Shown: positions 39,581 to 48,024, numbered from the stretch's first letter. The stretch: 64,000 nucleotides of DNA from Candidatus Moanibacter tarae (GCA_003226295.1 CP029803.1:166226-230225), one strand, 5' to 3'. Numbers and translations are program-made. Notes: a model not told the origin generated them from the letters alone.

Positions 39581-39707
39581 TCCCGCGGATTACCCCACGG
39601 GCTCTAGATGTCTCTTGATCGATTTGGGGTAAATCAATCCTACATTTCTTACTCTCAATCCACAGGATACGAACTAGTGTTTAATCTCGATTAGATCAAG
39701 CGGAACA

Positions 39708-39804
39708 TGGCGGAGAGGGTAAGAATCGAACTTACCTCGACCTTCGGAGAAGGCCGACAACGGTTTTGAAGACCGCGGGGACCACCAGGCACCCTTCACT
39801 CTCC
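39708..39804 (-). tRNA. selC: tRNA-Sec (anticodon UCA), with encoded CCA
   Basis: The reverse complement reads GGAGAGUGAAGGGUGCCUGGUGGUCCCCGCGGUCUUCAAAACCGUUGUCGGCCUUCUCCGAAGGUCGAGGUAAGUUCGAUUCUUACCCUCUCCGCCA. The anticodon loop is CU-UCA-AA on a CGGU/ACCG stem. The long variable arm has a 9-bp stem (UCGGCCUUC/GAAGGUCGA). The extended D-stem has a 4-nt loop, the T-loop is UUCGAUU, the discriminator is G, and the 3' end is CCA. Confidence 0.9.
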
Positions 39805-39841
39805 GAATAATCCGAAGATGGGTCGTATCTTCGGATTATTC
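39805..39841 (-). other. Perfect 14-bp hairpin bridging the selenoprotein stop codon and the tRNA-Sec 5' end
   Basis: On the + strand, gaataatccgaaga (39805-39818) and tcttcggattattc (39828-39841) are exact reverse complements with a 9-nt loop. In the minus-strand RNA, the stem begins with the GA of the UGA stop and ends at the base before tRNA G1. No U-tract follows on the minus strand. On the + strand it is followed by agagttttt. Confidence 0.85.
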
Positions 39842-40070
39842 AGAGTTTTTCGCGGATTGATTTAATAATCGAATCGGGCTCAGGAAAGCAGCCAGTTGCC
39901 AGTTTTGAGTAAATCTTCTCACCGTTCAAACTGACTTCGAATGCGCCCCCCCTGGAAGGGACGAGCCGAAGGCCGATTATCTGTTGCTTGAACTGTAGGA
40001 TTCTTTCCGTCAGACTGACGGCTTGTAGTTCATAGCCTCAAGCGGCGCAGTATTCGATTTCAATTTCCAT
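39840..40070 (-). CDS. SelW-like (Rdx family) selenoprotein; the in-frame UGA at 40040..40038 is read as selenocysteine
   Basis: My translation is MEIEIEYCAA-U-GYELQAVSLTERILQFKQQIIGLRLVPSRGGAFEVSLNGEKIYSKLATGCFPEPDSIIKSIREKL*. Three family hallmarks are all present: the IEYC-x-x-U redox motif, GGAFEV, and G-x-FPEP. It is missed by the ORF track because codon 11 is TGA. It lies adjacent to selC and selD. Confidence 0.85.
39990..40037 (-). promoter_or_regulatory. Candidate bacterial SECIS element
   Basis: The mRNA downstream of the UGA is GGCUAUGAACUACAAG-CCGUCA-GUC-UGACGG. A perfect 6-bp stem (40007..40021) starts 16 nt after the UGA. Its apical loop starts with G. It is flanked by possible GAACU/AGUUC outer pairing. 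Confidence 0.5.
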
Positions 40071-40403
40071 CCTGTTTCAAAGGATGTGAAGGAACAGAGG
40101 CTGAGTCAAGATTTGGAGAGAATGTGATTCCAAACGAATTGGGGATAAGAAACAGAAGTTTTCCCATCTGTATCTTTGCAAGATACCTGGAAATCACAAT
40201 ATTGCCTCTTCTCTTTAATTCCAATGGTTTAAAATCCAGGTGAAACTCAATTTTTATGGTACGAGTACAAGACCGATAAAGGCGATCGATAGATGACAGA
40301 CTAAAAGAAAGCGACATAATCTTGGCCATCGAGCTGAGTTAGAGCCTTCAAAACTATATATTGTAGGGCTATTAGGTAGGTAAACTTAAACTCTAATAAG
40401 ATT

Positions 40404-40433
40404 TTGACAGGTTAGAGGAGAAAATCCTTGATA
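40404..40433 (+). promoter_or_regulatory. Weak candidate sigma70-type promoter for the coxM-like operon
   Basis: TTGACA (40404-40409), an 18-nt spacer, then TTGATA (40428-40433), in the AT-rich region about 125 nt upstream of the ATG at 40560. This rests on pattern only. Confidence 0.2.
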
Positions 40434-40559
40434 AAAGATGTTACCCGTAGATCGTAGTAGTCAGCGACCGATTCCGGATCCGATACAGAAAAGGTTTGGT
40501 TTTCCGGAATTAATTGTGTGAGGTGTGAGTTTAAATTCTGTAGTGGATAGATTGATAGT

Positions 40560-41471
40560 ATGAAAGACTTTCAGTTTTGCAGTCCGAGGTCCCTGGACGA
40601 AGCAGTGGGTTTGATGTCGGAAGAAGGTGTCAAAGCACGAGGTTTTGCCGGGGGTACCGATGTCTTGGTTCAATTGCGAGCGAAACGCTTTGAGATTGAC
40701 CGACTGGTTGATATGAAACAGGTCCCGGAATTGAATGACCTTCAATTGGAGTCCACCAAGGGTCTGCGGATAGGTGCATCTGTCCCGTGTCACCAGGTTT
40801 ACGAAGACAAGAGCATTTGTTCGGTTTACCCCGGCCTTATCGATTCGATTGCGATTATTGGAGGAATCCAAATCCAGGGTCGGGCCAGTATAGGAGGAAA
40901 TCTTTGCAATGCATCACCGAGCGCAGACTCCATTCCTACTCTAATCGTTTATGGTGCCCAATGTGAGATTGCTGGAAAAAACGGCATGCGTTCGATCGGA
41001 GTTGAGGACTTTTGTGTCGGGCCAGGGAAGTCGGTTTTGGATGAAGGCGAAATATTAGTGGCGGTTAATATCCCGACCCCGGCGCCAAATTCTGGTGCCC
41101 ATTACCTCCGGTTTATTCCTAGAAATGAAATGGATATAGCGGTAGTCGGAGCTGGAGCAGCGGTCGAGCTAGAAGAAGATTTGCAAACAATTAAAAAAGC
41201 GAGAATCGCTTTTGGTGCGGTTGCTCCTACCCCGCTTTTGGCGAGTGAAGCGGGTGATCTCTTATCTGGGAAAGAAGCCGGAGAAGAGTCATATGAAGCA
41301 GCAGCTTCAGTGGCACAGAGTATTGTTAGCCCTATCACCGATATGAGAGGGACTAAGGAGTTTCGCATTCACCTGACGGGGGTGTTGACGAAGAGAGCGC
41401 TTAGGGGCGCGGTTGCCCGAGCTAGGGGTGAGTTTGTACCCAATGCCGTAGAGGAGGCCAAAGCCTCGTAA
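40560..41471 (+). CDS. Molybdenum hydroxylase family FAD-binding (medium, CoxM/XdhB-like) subunit
   Basis: 303 aa. It has FAGGTDVLVQLR, ASIGGNLCNASPSADS and MRGTKEFR, typical of the FAD_binding_5/CO_deh_flav_C architecture. Confidence 0.85.
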   Translation: MKDFQFCSPRSLDEAVGLMSEEGVKARGFAGGTDVLVQLRAKRFEIDRLVDMKQVPELNDLQLESTKGLRIGASVPCHQVYEDKSICSVYPGLIDSIAIIGGIQIQGRASIGGNLCNASPSADSIPTLIVYGAQCEIAGKNGMRSIGVEDFCVGPGKSVLDEGEILVAVNIPTPAPNSGAHYLRFIPRNEMDIAVVGAGAAVELEEDLQTIKKARIAFGAVAPTPLLASEAGDLLSGKEAGEESYEAAASVAQSIVSPITDMRGTKEFRIHLTGVLTKRALRGAVARARGEFVPNAVEEAKAS

Positions 41472-41511
41472 TAGGGAACAGGGAAAAGGTAATCTCAGCG
41501 GGAGAAGAATT

Positions 41512-42015
41512 ATGGCACGAAAGACACATGTTCAAACGAAAATAAATAGGGAGCAGACGGAGTTCCTTTGTGAAGCAAGACAGAGTCTCCTTGAAGTTTT
41601 ACGAGAGGAACTCGGTCTTACGGGTACTAAAGAAGGTTGTAATGACGGGAATTGTGGAGCCTGTTCAGTGACCTTGGATGGCGTGTTGGTGGATTCGTGC
41701 CTTGTCTTGGCGACAGAAGTTGAAGGACGTGAAGTCGGGACTGTAGAAGGTATTGCTACCGCAGACGGTCTCCATCCATTGCAGCAGGCTTTTCTCGAGG
41801 AGGCCGGATTACAGTGTGGAATTTGCACTCCAGGATTTTTAGTTGCAAGCAAAGCGCTACTGGAGAGAAATCCGAATCCAACCGAACATCAGGTAAGGCA
41901 TTGGCTGGCTGGAAATTTATGTCGTTGCACGGGCTACGACAAGATCGTCAGATCCGTCCTCAAAGCAGCAGCAGTGACTGGAGACAAGGGAGCCGCGAAG
42001 GACGGCACCAACTGA
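41512..42015 (+). CDS. Molybdenum hydroxylase family [2Fe-2S] (small, CoxS-like) subunit
   Basis: 167 aa. It has two cluster motifs, CNDGNCGACSV and QCGICTPGF...CRCTGY. Confidence 0.9.
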   Translation: MARKTHVQTKINREQTEFLCEARQSLLEVLREELGLTGTKEGCNDGNCGACSVTLDGVLVDSCLVLATEVEGREVGTVEGIATADGLHPLQQAFLEEAGLQCGICTPGFLVASKALLERNPNPTEHQVRHWLAGNLCRCTGYDKIVRSVLKAAAVTGDKGAAKDGTN

Positions 42016-42048
42016 TTGGTTGCTCAATTGTTTTCCCCGGGAGAGAGT

Positions 42049-42312
42049 ATGCCCAGGGTTTTTATACCCCCTCTTCTCCAGCGTTTCACCTCAGGTGAGG
42101 ATTTCGTTGAGATCGAAGGTTCTACGGTTAGAGAGGTCGTCCAGAATCTTGAAGTGGAGTACCCAGGGATTCGGGATAGAATCTGTCAGGAAGACCGAAT
42201 AAATCCTGGCATCGCAGTTGCGGTTGATGGACAGATTTCCAACGAAGGGATGCGGCGAAAGGTTGGACCGGACAGCGAATTACAGTTTATACCTGCTATC
42301 GGCGGGGGCTAG
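42049..42312 (+). CDS. MoaD/ThiS-family ubiquitin-like sulfur-carrier protein (CysO-like), C-terminal GG
   Basis: The sequence runs MPRVFIPPLLQRFTSGEDFVEIEGSTVREVV...ELQFIPAIGGG. The ATG at 42049 is preceded by GGGAGAGAG. The ORF-track start is an upstream in-frame TTG at 42016. Confidence 0.75.
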   Translation: MPRVFIPPLLQRFTSGEDFVEIEGSTVREVVQNLEVEYPGIRDRICQEDRINPGIAVAVDGQISNEGMRRKVGPDSELQFIPAIGGG

Positions 42313-42526
42313 GGATTTAACGGTCTCGATATTTTAAGATTCTCGGTATGCCTTTCCGAAGGGTGACTGTATTTATTTTGACTGAATTTTCTCCGAAAGG
42401 ATTTGAAGGTGGAATCACACTAATTCGAGTTGTGTGAATACAATGATTAATTACGCTTGACCAACACTCATATTAAGATGAGGTCTGGGCTTTATTGAAA
42501 TTATTAAAGGAATAAACTTAAGAATT

Positions 42527-43051
42527 ATGAAACTGAAGCAGGATTGCTTTCTATCAGCAACGATAAGGACCTTTCAATTCCGGTGCCATTTGTTTCCGAC
42601 CTTCTACGCAAGGTCGGTGATTAGTTGCTTTTTGCTATTTGTGGGAGCATTGGTTGGAGCGGACGGGGCGGATATCAAGATAATTGAGATCAATGCTGAC
42701 GATACGATGCGGTATGACGTGACAGCGTTCGAAGTTAACGCAGGCCAGAATGTGCGTATCGTGTTTAAAAATGTTGGCAAGCTTCCCAAGGTTGCGATGG
42801 GACACAATCTCATAGTCCTCAAGGAGGGAATAGAGATGGCTGAGTTTGCTCAGGTTGCAATGACTGCGAAGGAATCGGAGTTTATACCAGAGCTAAAGAG
42901 GGGAGAGATCATCGCCCACACAAAATTACTTGGTCCTGGCGAGATCGATACAATAGAGTTCATAGCTCCGGCCAAACTTGGAAATTACACTTACTTCTGT
43001 TCCTTCCCAGGACATTGGGTTCTTATGAAGGGTGTGATGACGGTGAAATAG
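42527..43051 (+). CDS. Azurin-like blue copper protein (cupredoxin)
   Basis: The Cu ligand pattern is MGHN...FCSFPGHWVLMKG (His, Cys-x4-His-x3-Met). A hydrophobic signal-like N-terminus is present. Confidence 0.8.
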   Translation: MKLKQDCFLSATIRTFQFRCHLFPTFYARSVISCFLLFVGALVGADGADIKIIEINADDTMRYDVTAFEVNAGQNVRIVFKNVGKLPKVAMGHNLIVLKEGIEMAEFAQVAMTAKESEFIPELKRGEIIAHTKLLGPGEIDTIEFIAPAKLGNYTYFCSFPGHWVLMKGVMTVK

Positions 43052-43201
43052 TAGAGGTGTGTACAAATATTTTAAGGCCAACTTTGTAACGACAGGTTTC
43101 CCCGATGAGATAGACCAGCTAACAGACCTCAACAATACCGGGCGATCGGTCCGATTGGGGTTTTCAAAACTAAGCGATCATTGATAGGCTTTTCCCGTAT
43201 T

Positions 43202-43738
43202 TCAAAAATTGCATTTCCACATCATCGATTCGATTGGGTGGGAGGAACGGGAACCATATTTGGCGGAGGCTTTTTGATCGTAGGTTATCTCTACTTCCCC
43301 GCTAACTTCGAAGTAGATCAGTTGTCCGATGGGCATTCCGGCGTACACCCGAACAGGTTGGTGGACTGAGATTTCTAGGGTCCAGTGATTACAGAAACCA
43401 ACATCGCCCTTGCCAGCAGTGGCGTGAATGTCTATACCAAGTCGTCCGACGCTCGATTTACCTTCAAGAAAGGGAACGTGGAGGTGGGTTTCTGTATACT
43501 CTTCGGTGATCCCAAGGTAGGTTCGACCAGGCGTAAGTAAAATCCCATCTTTAGGAATTGACTGTGACACTGTATGATTGTGTTTCTTGGCATCGAGGAC
43601 TTTGTCTTTGTAGGTGGCCAGTTCCTTCCCCAAGTGGACATCATAGCTGTTGGTTCCGAGGCAATCCTTTCTAAAGGGGTCGATGACGATATTCCCAGAT
43701 TTGATGGCATGGAGGATCGAATTATCTGATAAAATCAT
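43202..43738 (-). CDS. dcd: dCTP deaminase
   Basis: 178 aa. It has MILSDNSI, NSYDVHLG, and SVGRLGIDIH with the catalytic Glu region. Confidence 0.88.
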   Translation of the reverse strand: MILSDNSILHAIKSGNIVIDPFRKDCLGTNSYDVHLGKELATYKDKVLDAKKHNHTVSQSIPKDGILLTPGRTYLGITEEYTETHLHVPFLEGKSSVGRLGIDIHATAGKGDVGFCNHWTLEISVHQPVRVYAGMPIGQLIYFEVSGEVEITYDQKASAKYGSRSSHPIESMMWKCNF

Positions 43739-43872
43739 GACTTAACTTAAAGCTCTGTCATCGACTGTTTGTACTCAAAAATCGCACCCTCCGAGTCATA
43801 TTTCTCGATAATATAATATGCGTAGATGGCTACAGCGAAATACAAGCGGATCGAGCTTTGTACTATTAAAAC

Positions 43873-44595
43873 CTACTTATCTTTTTTCGCGTACTGGTGG
43901 CCTCCAATGATAGCTTTGACTTCTTCTAGGCCTTTGGCCTTGAGAAGGTTGCCTACTCTCTCTTCTTCTTCCTCAATCAGCTTGGTGGCATTTTCAAGGA
44001 CTTCTGCCAGGCGATTCGCTGGAAATTTACAAGCGCCATTTTCATCCATGTGCACGATTTCTCCAGGTGCGACATCCATGCCAGAGATGCGGACAGGTAC
44101 GTTGACTGCATTAATCGCTTGATCTCCATGACCTGCGCAGACCCCGCTTGTCAAATACTGAAAGTTCATTGGTCGGATCTCATGAATATCACGGGAGGGG
44201 CCGTTGGAAATAGCACCAATAGCACCCACTGCCCTCATCGAGGATGTCATGTTTCCACCAGATAGTCCCACTTTGTCCGCTAGTTCGGGAGGGAATTTTT
44301 GTTCGAAACAGAAAATCGTCGGTTTGGGAGAATTATCTAGGGCCTCTAGAATGTCTATGAAAGACAACTCACTGTAGTTTGCATCGGGTAAACCATAGAC
44401 GCCAGTTACTGCGTATCCTGCGATAGCTCCCAATTCGGGATACCAGCATTTGAGGGAACGATCGGTGTACCAGTTTTCAGTCCAGGGATTATAAAGTCCA
44501 AGACATAGCGGGTTTCCTGGATAGGTGGCAACCACATTAGTGATTGTAGGGGTGTCAATTTTCTGGAGAGCTTCCAGCATTTCCTTGTCGGTCAT
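43873..44595 (-). CDS. RraA-family protein (4-hydroxy-4-methyl-2-oxoglutarate aldolase/oxaloacetate decarboxylase-like, long form)
   Basis: 240 aa. It has TPTITNVV and GMDVAPGEIVHMDENGACKF, resembling the RraA fold C-terminal block. Confidence 0.65.
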   Translation of the reverse strand: MTDKEMLEALQKIDTPTITNVVATYPGNPLCLGLYNPWTENWYTDRSLKCWYPELGAIAGYAVTGVYGLPDANYSELSFIDILEALDNSPKPTIFCFEQKFPPELADKVGLSGGNMTSSMRAVGAIGAISNGPSRDIHEIRPMNFQYLTSGVCAGHGDQAINAVNVPVRISGMDVAPGEIVHMDENGACKFPANRLAEVLENATKLIEEEEERVGNLLKAKGLEEVKAIIGGHQYAKKDK

Positions 44596-44634
44596 TGTAT
44601 CCTTTCTTGATTTGTGTTCTTTTCTGTTCTTAGT

Positions 44635-45810
44635 TTATTTTTTTAAGCTGTTCAGAACTTTGTCGGCGGCTGCGTTGATTGTTGTGATTGCGTCCTCCAG
44701 TTCCTCCTCAGTTTGATTCGGTTTGATCCCAATTGAAACTGTACGACTGAGGATATCGAGTGAATTTGGGCACATATCCTTACTATAATCCATCCGGCAG
44801 TTCGCATTTTGAGGGAGATTGAAAGGATTCAGAGCGGGATGATGGGAGCCTTGGTGGTTGAGGATTGGATCCCACTCTGTGTAGTTGTGCCGCCCTGTTT
44901 CAGACAATATTCTACCTTTAGTGTCTTCGACGAACTTCTTAGAGGAATCCTTACTAGGGAGTAGGTACATAATGCAAGTGGCGCACTCCCCATCAGGAGA
45001 GTGGCGTGGCGAAGGCCAAAGCCCCGACTCCTTAGTGGCCTCTAGAATCTGGGCTTTTTGAGAGCGTAATTCCTCTAGTAATTGCGGCAGTCGGTTCAAC
45101 TGCTCATTGAGGATGGCACCCTCAAACTCCGAAGCACGGGATCCACAATTAATAAAGGGCCTAAATGTGTCATCTCTTCCCTCCCAGTAGAAACTGCAGG
45201 GATCGATCATACAGTTAATACGCTGGAAGGTAGCTTCATCGCGAGTCACGACTGCCCCTCCCTCTCCGCAAGTCATGTTTTTGAAATAGTTGAAACTAAA
45301 TGCGCCGACGTCCCCCATGGACCCGACGCCTTTTTGTCTGTAGAATCCGCCAACACATTGACAGCCATCCTCTACGACAAAAAGATTTTTCTCTTCCGCG
45401 ATCCTCAGGATTGAAGTCATATCGCAAAGAGCCCCCCACATGTGAACGGGAATCACTGCTCGGGTCAAAGGTCCGATTGCCTCTTCTAGAGCATTGGGAT
45501 CCAAGGTGATCGATTCATCCACTTCGACTATGACGGGAATAGCGCCGACCGCAAGAACTGCGATAGCGGTTGCCATATAGGTATGGGCAGGGATAATGAC
45601 TTCGTCGCCGGGCCCGATTCCGATACCAGCCAAGGCGGCGGTAATGGCAGCCGAGCCGCTTGAACAGAGGGCAACATGGGGAACACCGAGAAACTCCCCG
45701 TATCGTCTTTCGAATCTCCCACATTCCCCATCGGGAGAATAGCGAAATATCTTTCCTCTATCTATAACGCGATTGACTGCAGCTGCCTCTTCTTGTCCGA
45801 TTTTTAGCAT
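44635..45810 (-). CDS. DegT/DnrJ/EryC1/StrS-family PLP aminotransferase
   Basis: 391 aa. It has SGSAAITAAL, PVHMWG and the PLP-Lys region FSFNYFKNMTCGEGG. Confidence 0.85.
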   Translation of the reverse strand: MLKIGQEEAAAVNRVIDRGKIFRYSPDGECGRFERRYGEFLGVPHVALCSSGSAAITAALAGIGIGPGDEVIIPAHTYMATAIAVLAVGAIPVIVEVDESITLDPNALEEAIGPLTRAVIPVHMWGALCDMTSILRIAEEKNLFVVEDGCQCVGGFYRQKGVGSMGDVGAFSFNYFKNMTCGEGGAVVTRDEATFQRINCMIDPCSFYWEGRDDTFRPFINCGSRASEFEGAILNEQLNRLPQLLEELRSQKAQILEATKESGLWPSPRHSPDGECATCIMYLLPSKDSSKKFVEDTKGRILSETGRHNYTEWDPILNHQGSHHPALNPFNLPQNANCRMDYSKDMCPNSLDILSRTVSIGIKPNQTEEELEDAITTINAAADKVLNSLKK

Positions 45811-46114
45811 TTCCTATGTATTAACTTCCATTGAAGACGAACACATGACGAAAGGCAAAACCGAAGTGGAACTCCATTTGTTCCTCTTTCTGATCTTTTG
45901 GTAGAAGCAAGTAGAAATAAAAGGTAGAATAGCGACAGTTGGGGATCGACCAATGATGCTTCGCTCTTTTCACTGTGACATTTTAACACATTGAACAGGA
46001 ACCTTTACTGTAATAGATGGTGAAGAGTTACTTTAGAGCAAGGGAGCGGGATAGATTAAACGGATACTCTGGCCATTCTCGTCAGTAAATCATGAACCAC
46101 GAACTGTGAGTCTC

Positions 46115-46891
46115 CTAGCCTGACACCTCAAGGTCTTGTCGGGTTAGATCAGTGCTTTGCAGTGAAGGACACCAGAATTTCTCAATGAAACCGATTGCAA
46201 GCTGTGTTCCCTCTTCGTGACTTATATAAGGAGGAAGTGCTGGATTGTAGATAGAGTCTGTAAGATCGCGAATCAGGGCGATGTTCACCCCCCATCTTAC
46301 CATTTGTTTGATGGCGAAGCTTCGATGCAAAATACACATTGAAGTATGTACCCCCATGATGAGGAGCCATTCGATCTCTCGGTGCTCTAGAAATGAATAT
46401 ACTTCCTCTCCACGGTCTGATATCACATCGAGGTCTTCATCGATGTCGATACCTGGATTCTGACGGGTCCAGTTCCGGTTCCCTTCAATTTCGCCGGTAT
46501 CCGAGCCATTTTCCCTTGCATCAAAAGGCAACAGGGGATCTTCGTGTTCGATTTCGGCAGGTGGATCAATCACTGGGAGGGTGAAGATTCGTTGACGTGC
46601 TGGTGAGTTCGCATAATAATCCATTGTGTCGGAAGGAGCATGGATAATGGCGGCGCCTTTTTCTCGTGCAGCAGCGATAACGGCGTTCATCCGAGGTATT
46701 ATTGCTTCAAGTCTCTCCACAGCACCGCGAAATGGATGTTTGTCCCAGACATCGCAAAGCAGGACAGCAGATTTGTTGGCGGGACAGGGTTGGATCCGGG
46801 TCTCGCTTTTCCAAATGTTGTAACCACGATCATCCTGGGTGAGTTTCTGCTGGCGGAAATAAAACTGGAAGAATTCCGAATTCTTATTCAT
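46115..46891 (-). CDS. Isochorismatase-like cysteine hydrolase
   Basis: 258 aa. It has AVLLCDVWDKH and the nucleophile block IMGVHTSMCI. Confidence 0.6.
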   Translation of the reverse strand: MNKNSEFFQFYFRQQKLTQDDRGYNIWKSETRIQPCPANKSAVLLCDVWDKHPFRGAVERLEAIIPRMNAVIAAAREKGAAIIHAPSDTMDYYANSPARQRIFTLPVIDPPAEIEHEDPLLPFDARENGSDTGEIEGNRNWTRQNPGIDIDEDLDVISDRGEEVYSFLEHREIEWLLIMGVHTSMCILHRSFAIKQMVRWGVNIALIRDLTDSIYNPALPPYISHEEGTQLAIGFIEKFWCPSLQSTDLTRQDLEVSG

Positions 46892-47013
46892 CGAATTTTT
46901 TATGGAGTTGGAGAAAATAGAGTTTTTCTGCGTACGGCTACATAACGAAGGATCTTCGTTGTAGTGTGATCAATGGAGATTTTGGCAGGTAACTTTATGC
47001 TTTGAACCACGGG

Positions 47014-48024
47014 TCAATCTGGTTTAAGCGAGAGTTCTTCTGCCATTTTATAGAGTTCATTTGCGGTGTATTTTCCGGGAGTGGCTTGGTTACGTGCCAT
47101 GTCCCTTACAATCCGCTGAAGAAGTCTATTAAAAGGGGTTGGTATCCCATATACTTTCCCCAGCCGTGCGATTTCCCCATTAAGAAAATCAGCTTCCGTT
47201 GACCCTTTCCTGCGCATTAGGCTTTGCCATGTGGATCCCTGATTTCGGACATTGGCGGGTAGCTTGTTGATGCCGCGGTGTGCACGTGTTCTTCCGGCTA
47301 ACTCAGTTCTCTGCTCGAAGGGAAGGCCGGCGGCTATCAGACACTGTTCAGCTTCTTTCCTAGCACGCTCCATATAACATTCCTCGTCGCCTTTGCCGTT
47401 GCAGATTGCTCGGAGAGCGTTTCCCAGGTTTCCAAGGAGTTTCGCACCCTTTGCTGTCATGATATTCGAATTTGCCTGAATTGCGAAACTCGCTTCGCTT
47501 AGGTCGGAGACCGCCTGGTTCACGAGATCATCGATCCCGGATGGATAAATGCCAGCCTCGAGATAGCCTGCGTTTCCTTCTACTGGATTGTATACCTTTC
47601 CCTCTTCTAGATAAATACCAGTAAACCCCACCATAACCCCGTATATTCTTTCGAAATAACGGGCTGCAACGGTTTCGTTCGTAATGCTGTTCTGCACGCA
47701 AAAAATAGGGATGTTGAAGGTGTCGACCCCAGTTTGCACGAGTGACCGCAACGCTTCCTCGGTATCTTGAGACTTCATACACAGCATAACGATATCATTC
47801 CAAGACCAATCGATTTCGGAGGGAGAGGTTACGGCAGGAATCGATATCTGATAACTGTCCTGAGGTGTGATTAACCTAAGTCCTGATTCATTAATACGGT
47901 CAATATGGCCATGTTTTCCGATGAGGACAGATTGATGTCCTGTCCGCTGCAGATGTCCCCCCACCGAACAGCCAATAGCGCCTGCACCATATATGATGTA
48001 TCGGGTTTTATTAGGTTTAATCAC
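47014..48024 (-). CDS. Ketopantoate reductase (PanE/ApbA) family oxidoreductase
   Basis: 336 aa. It has the Rossmann motif IYGAGAIGCSVGG and the C-terminal block STWQSLMRRKGSTEADFLNGEI. Confidence 0.75.
   Translation of the reverse strand: MIKPNKTRYIIYGAGAIGCSVGGHLQRTGHQSVLIGKHGHIDRINESGLRLITPQDSYQISIPAVTSPSEIDWSWNDIVMLCMKSQDTEEALRSLVQTGVDTFNIPIFCVQNSITNETVAARYFERIYGVMVGFTGIYLEEGKVYNPVEGNAGYLEAGIYPSGIDDLVNQAVSDLSEASFAIQANSNIMTAKGAKLLGNLGNALRAICNGKGDEECYMERARKEAEQCLIAAGLPFEQRTELAGRTRAHRGINKLPANVRNQGSTWQSLMRRKGSTEADFLNGEIARLGKVYGIPTPFNRLLQRIVRDMARNQATPGKYTANELYKMAEELSLKPD

Noticed and set aside
40060-40329. 89-aa minus-strand ORF from the track (MAKIMSLSFSL...)
   Set aside because: The sequence is low-complexity and unfamiliar, and there is no RBS. 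It occupies the AT-rich upstream region of the SelW-like gene and overlaps that gene's start in another frame. It is most likely a by-product of the real gene being split by its UGA.
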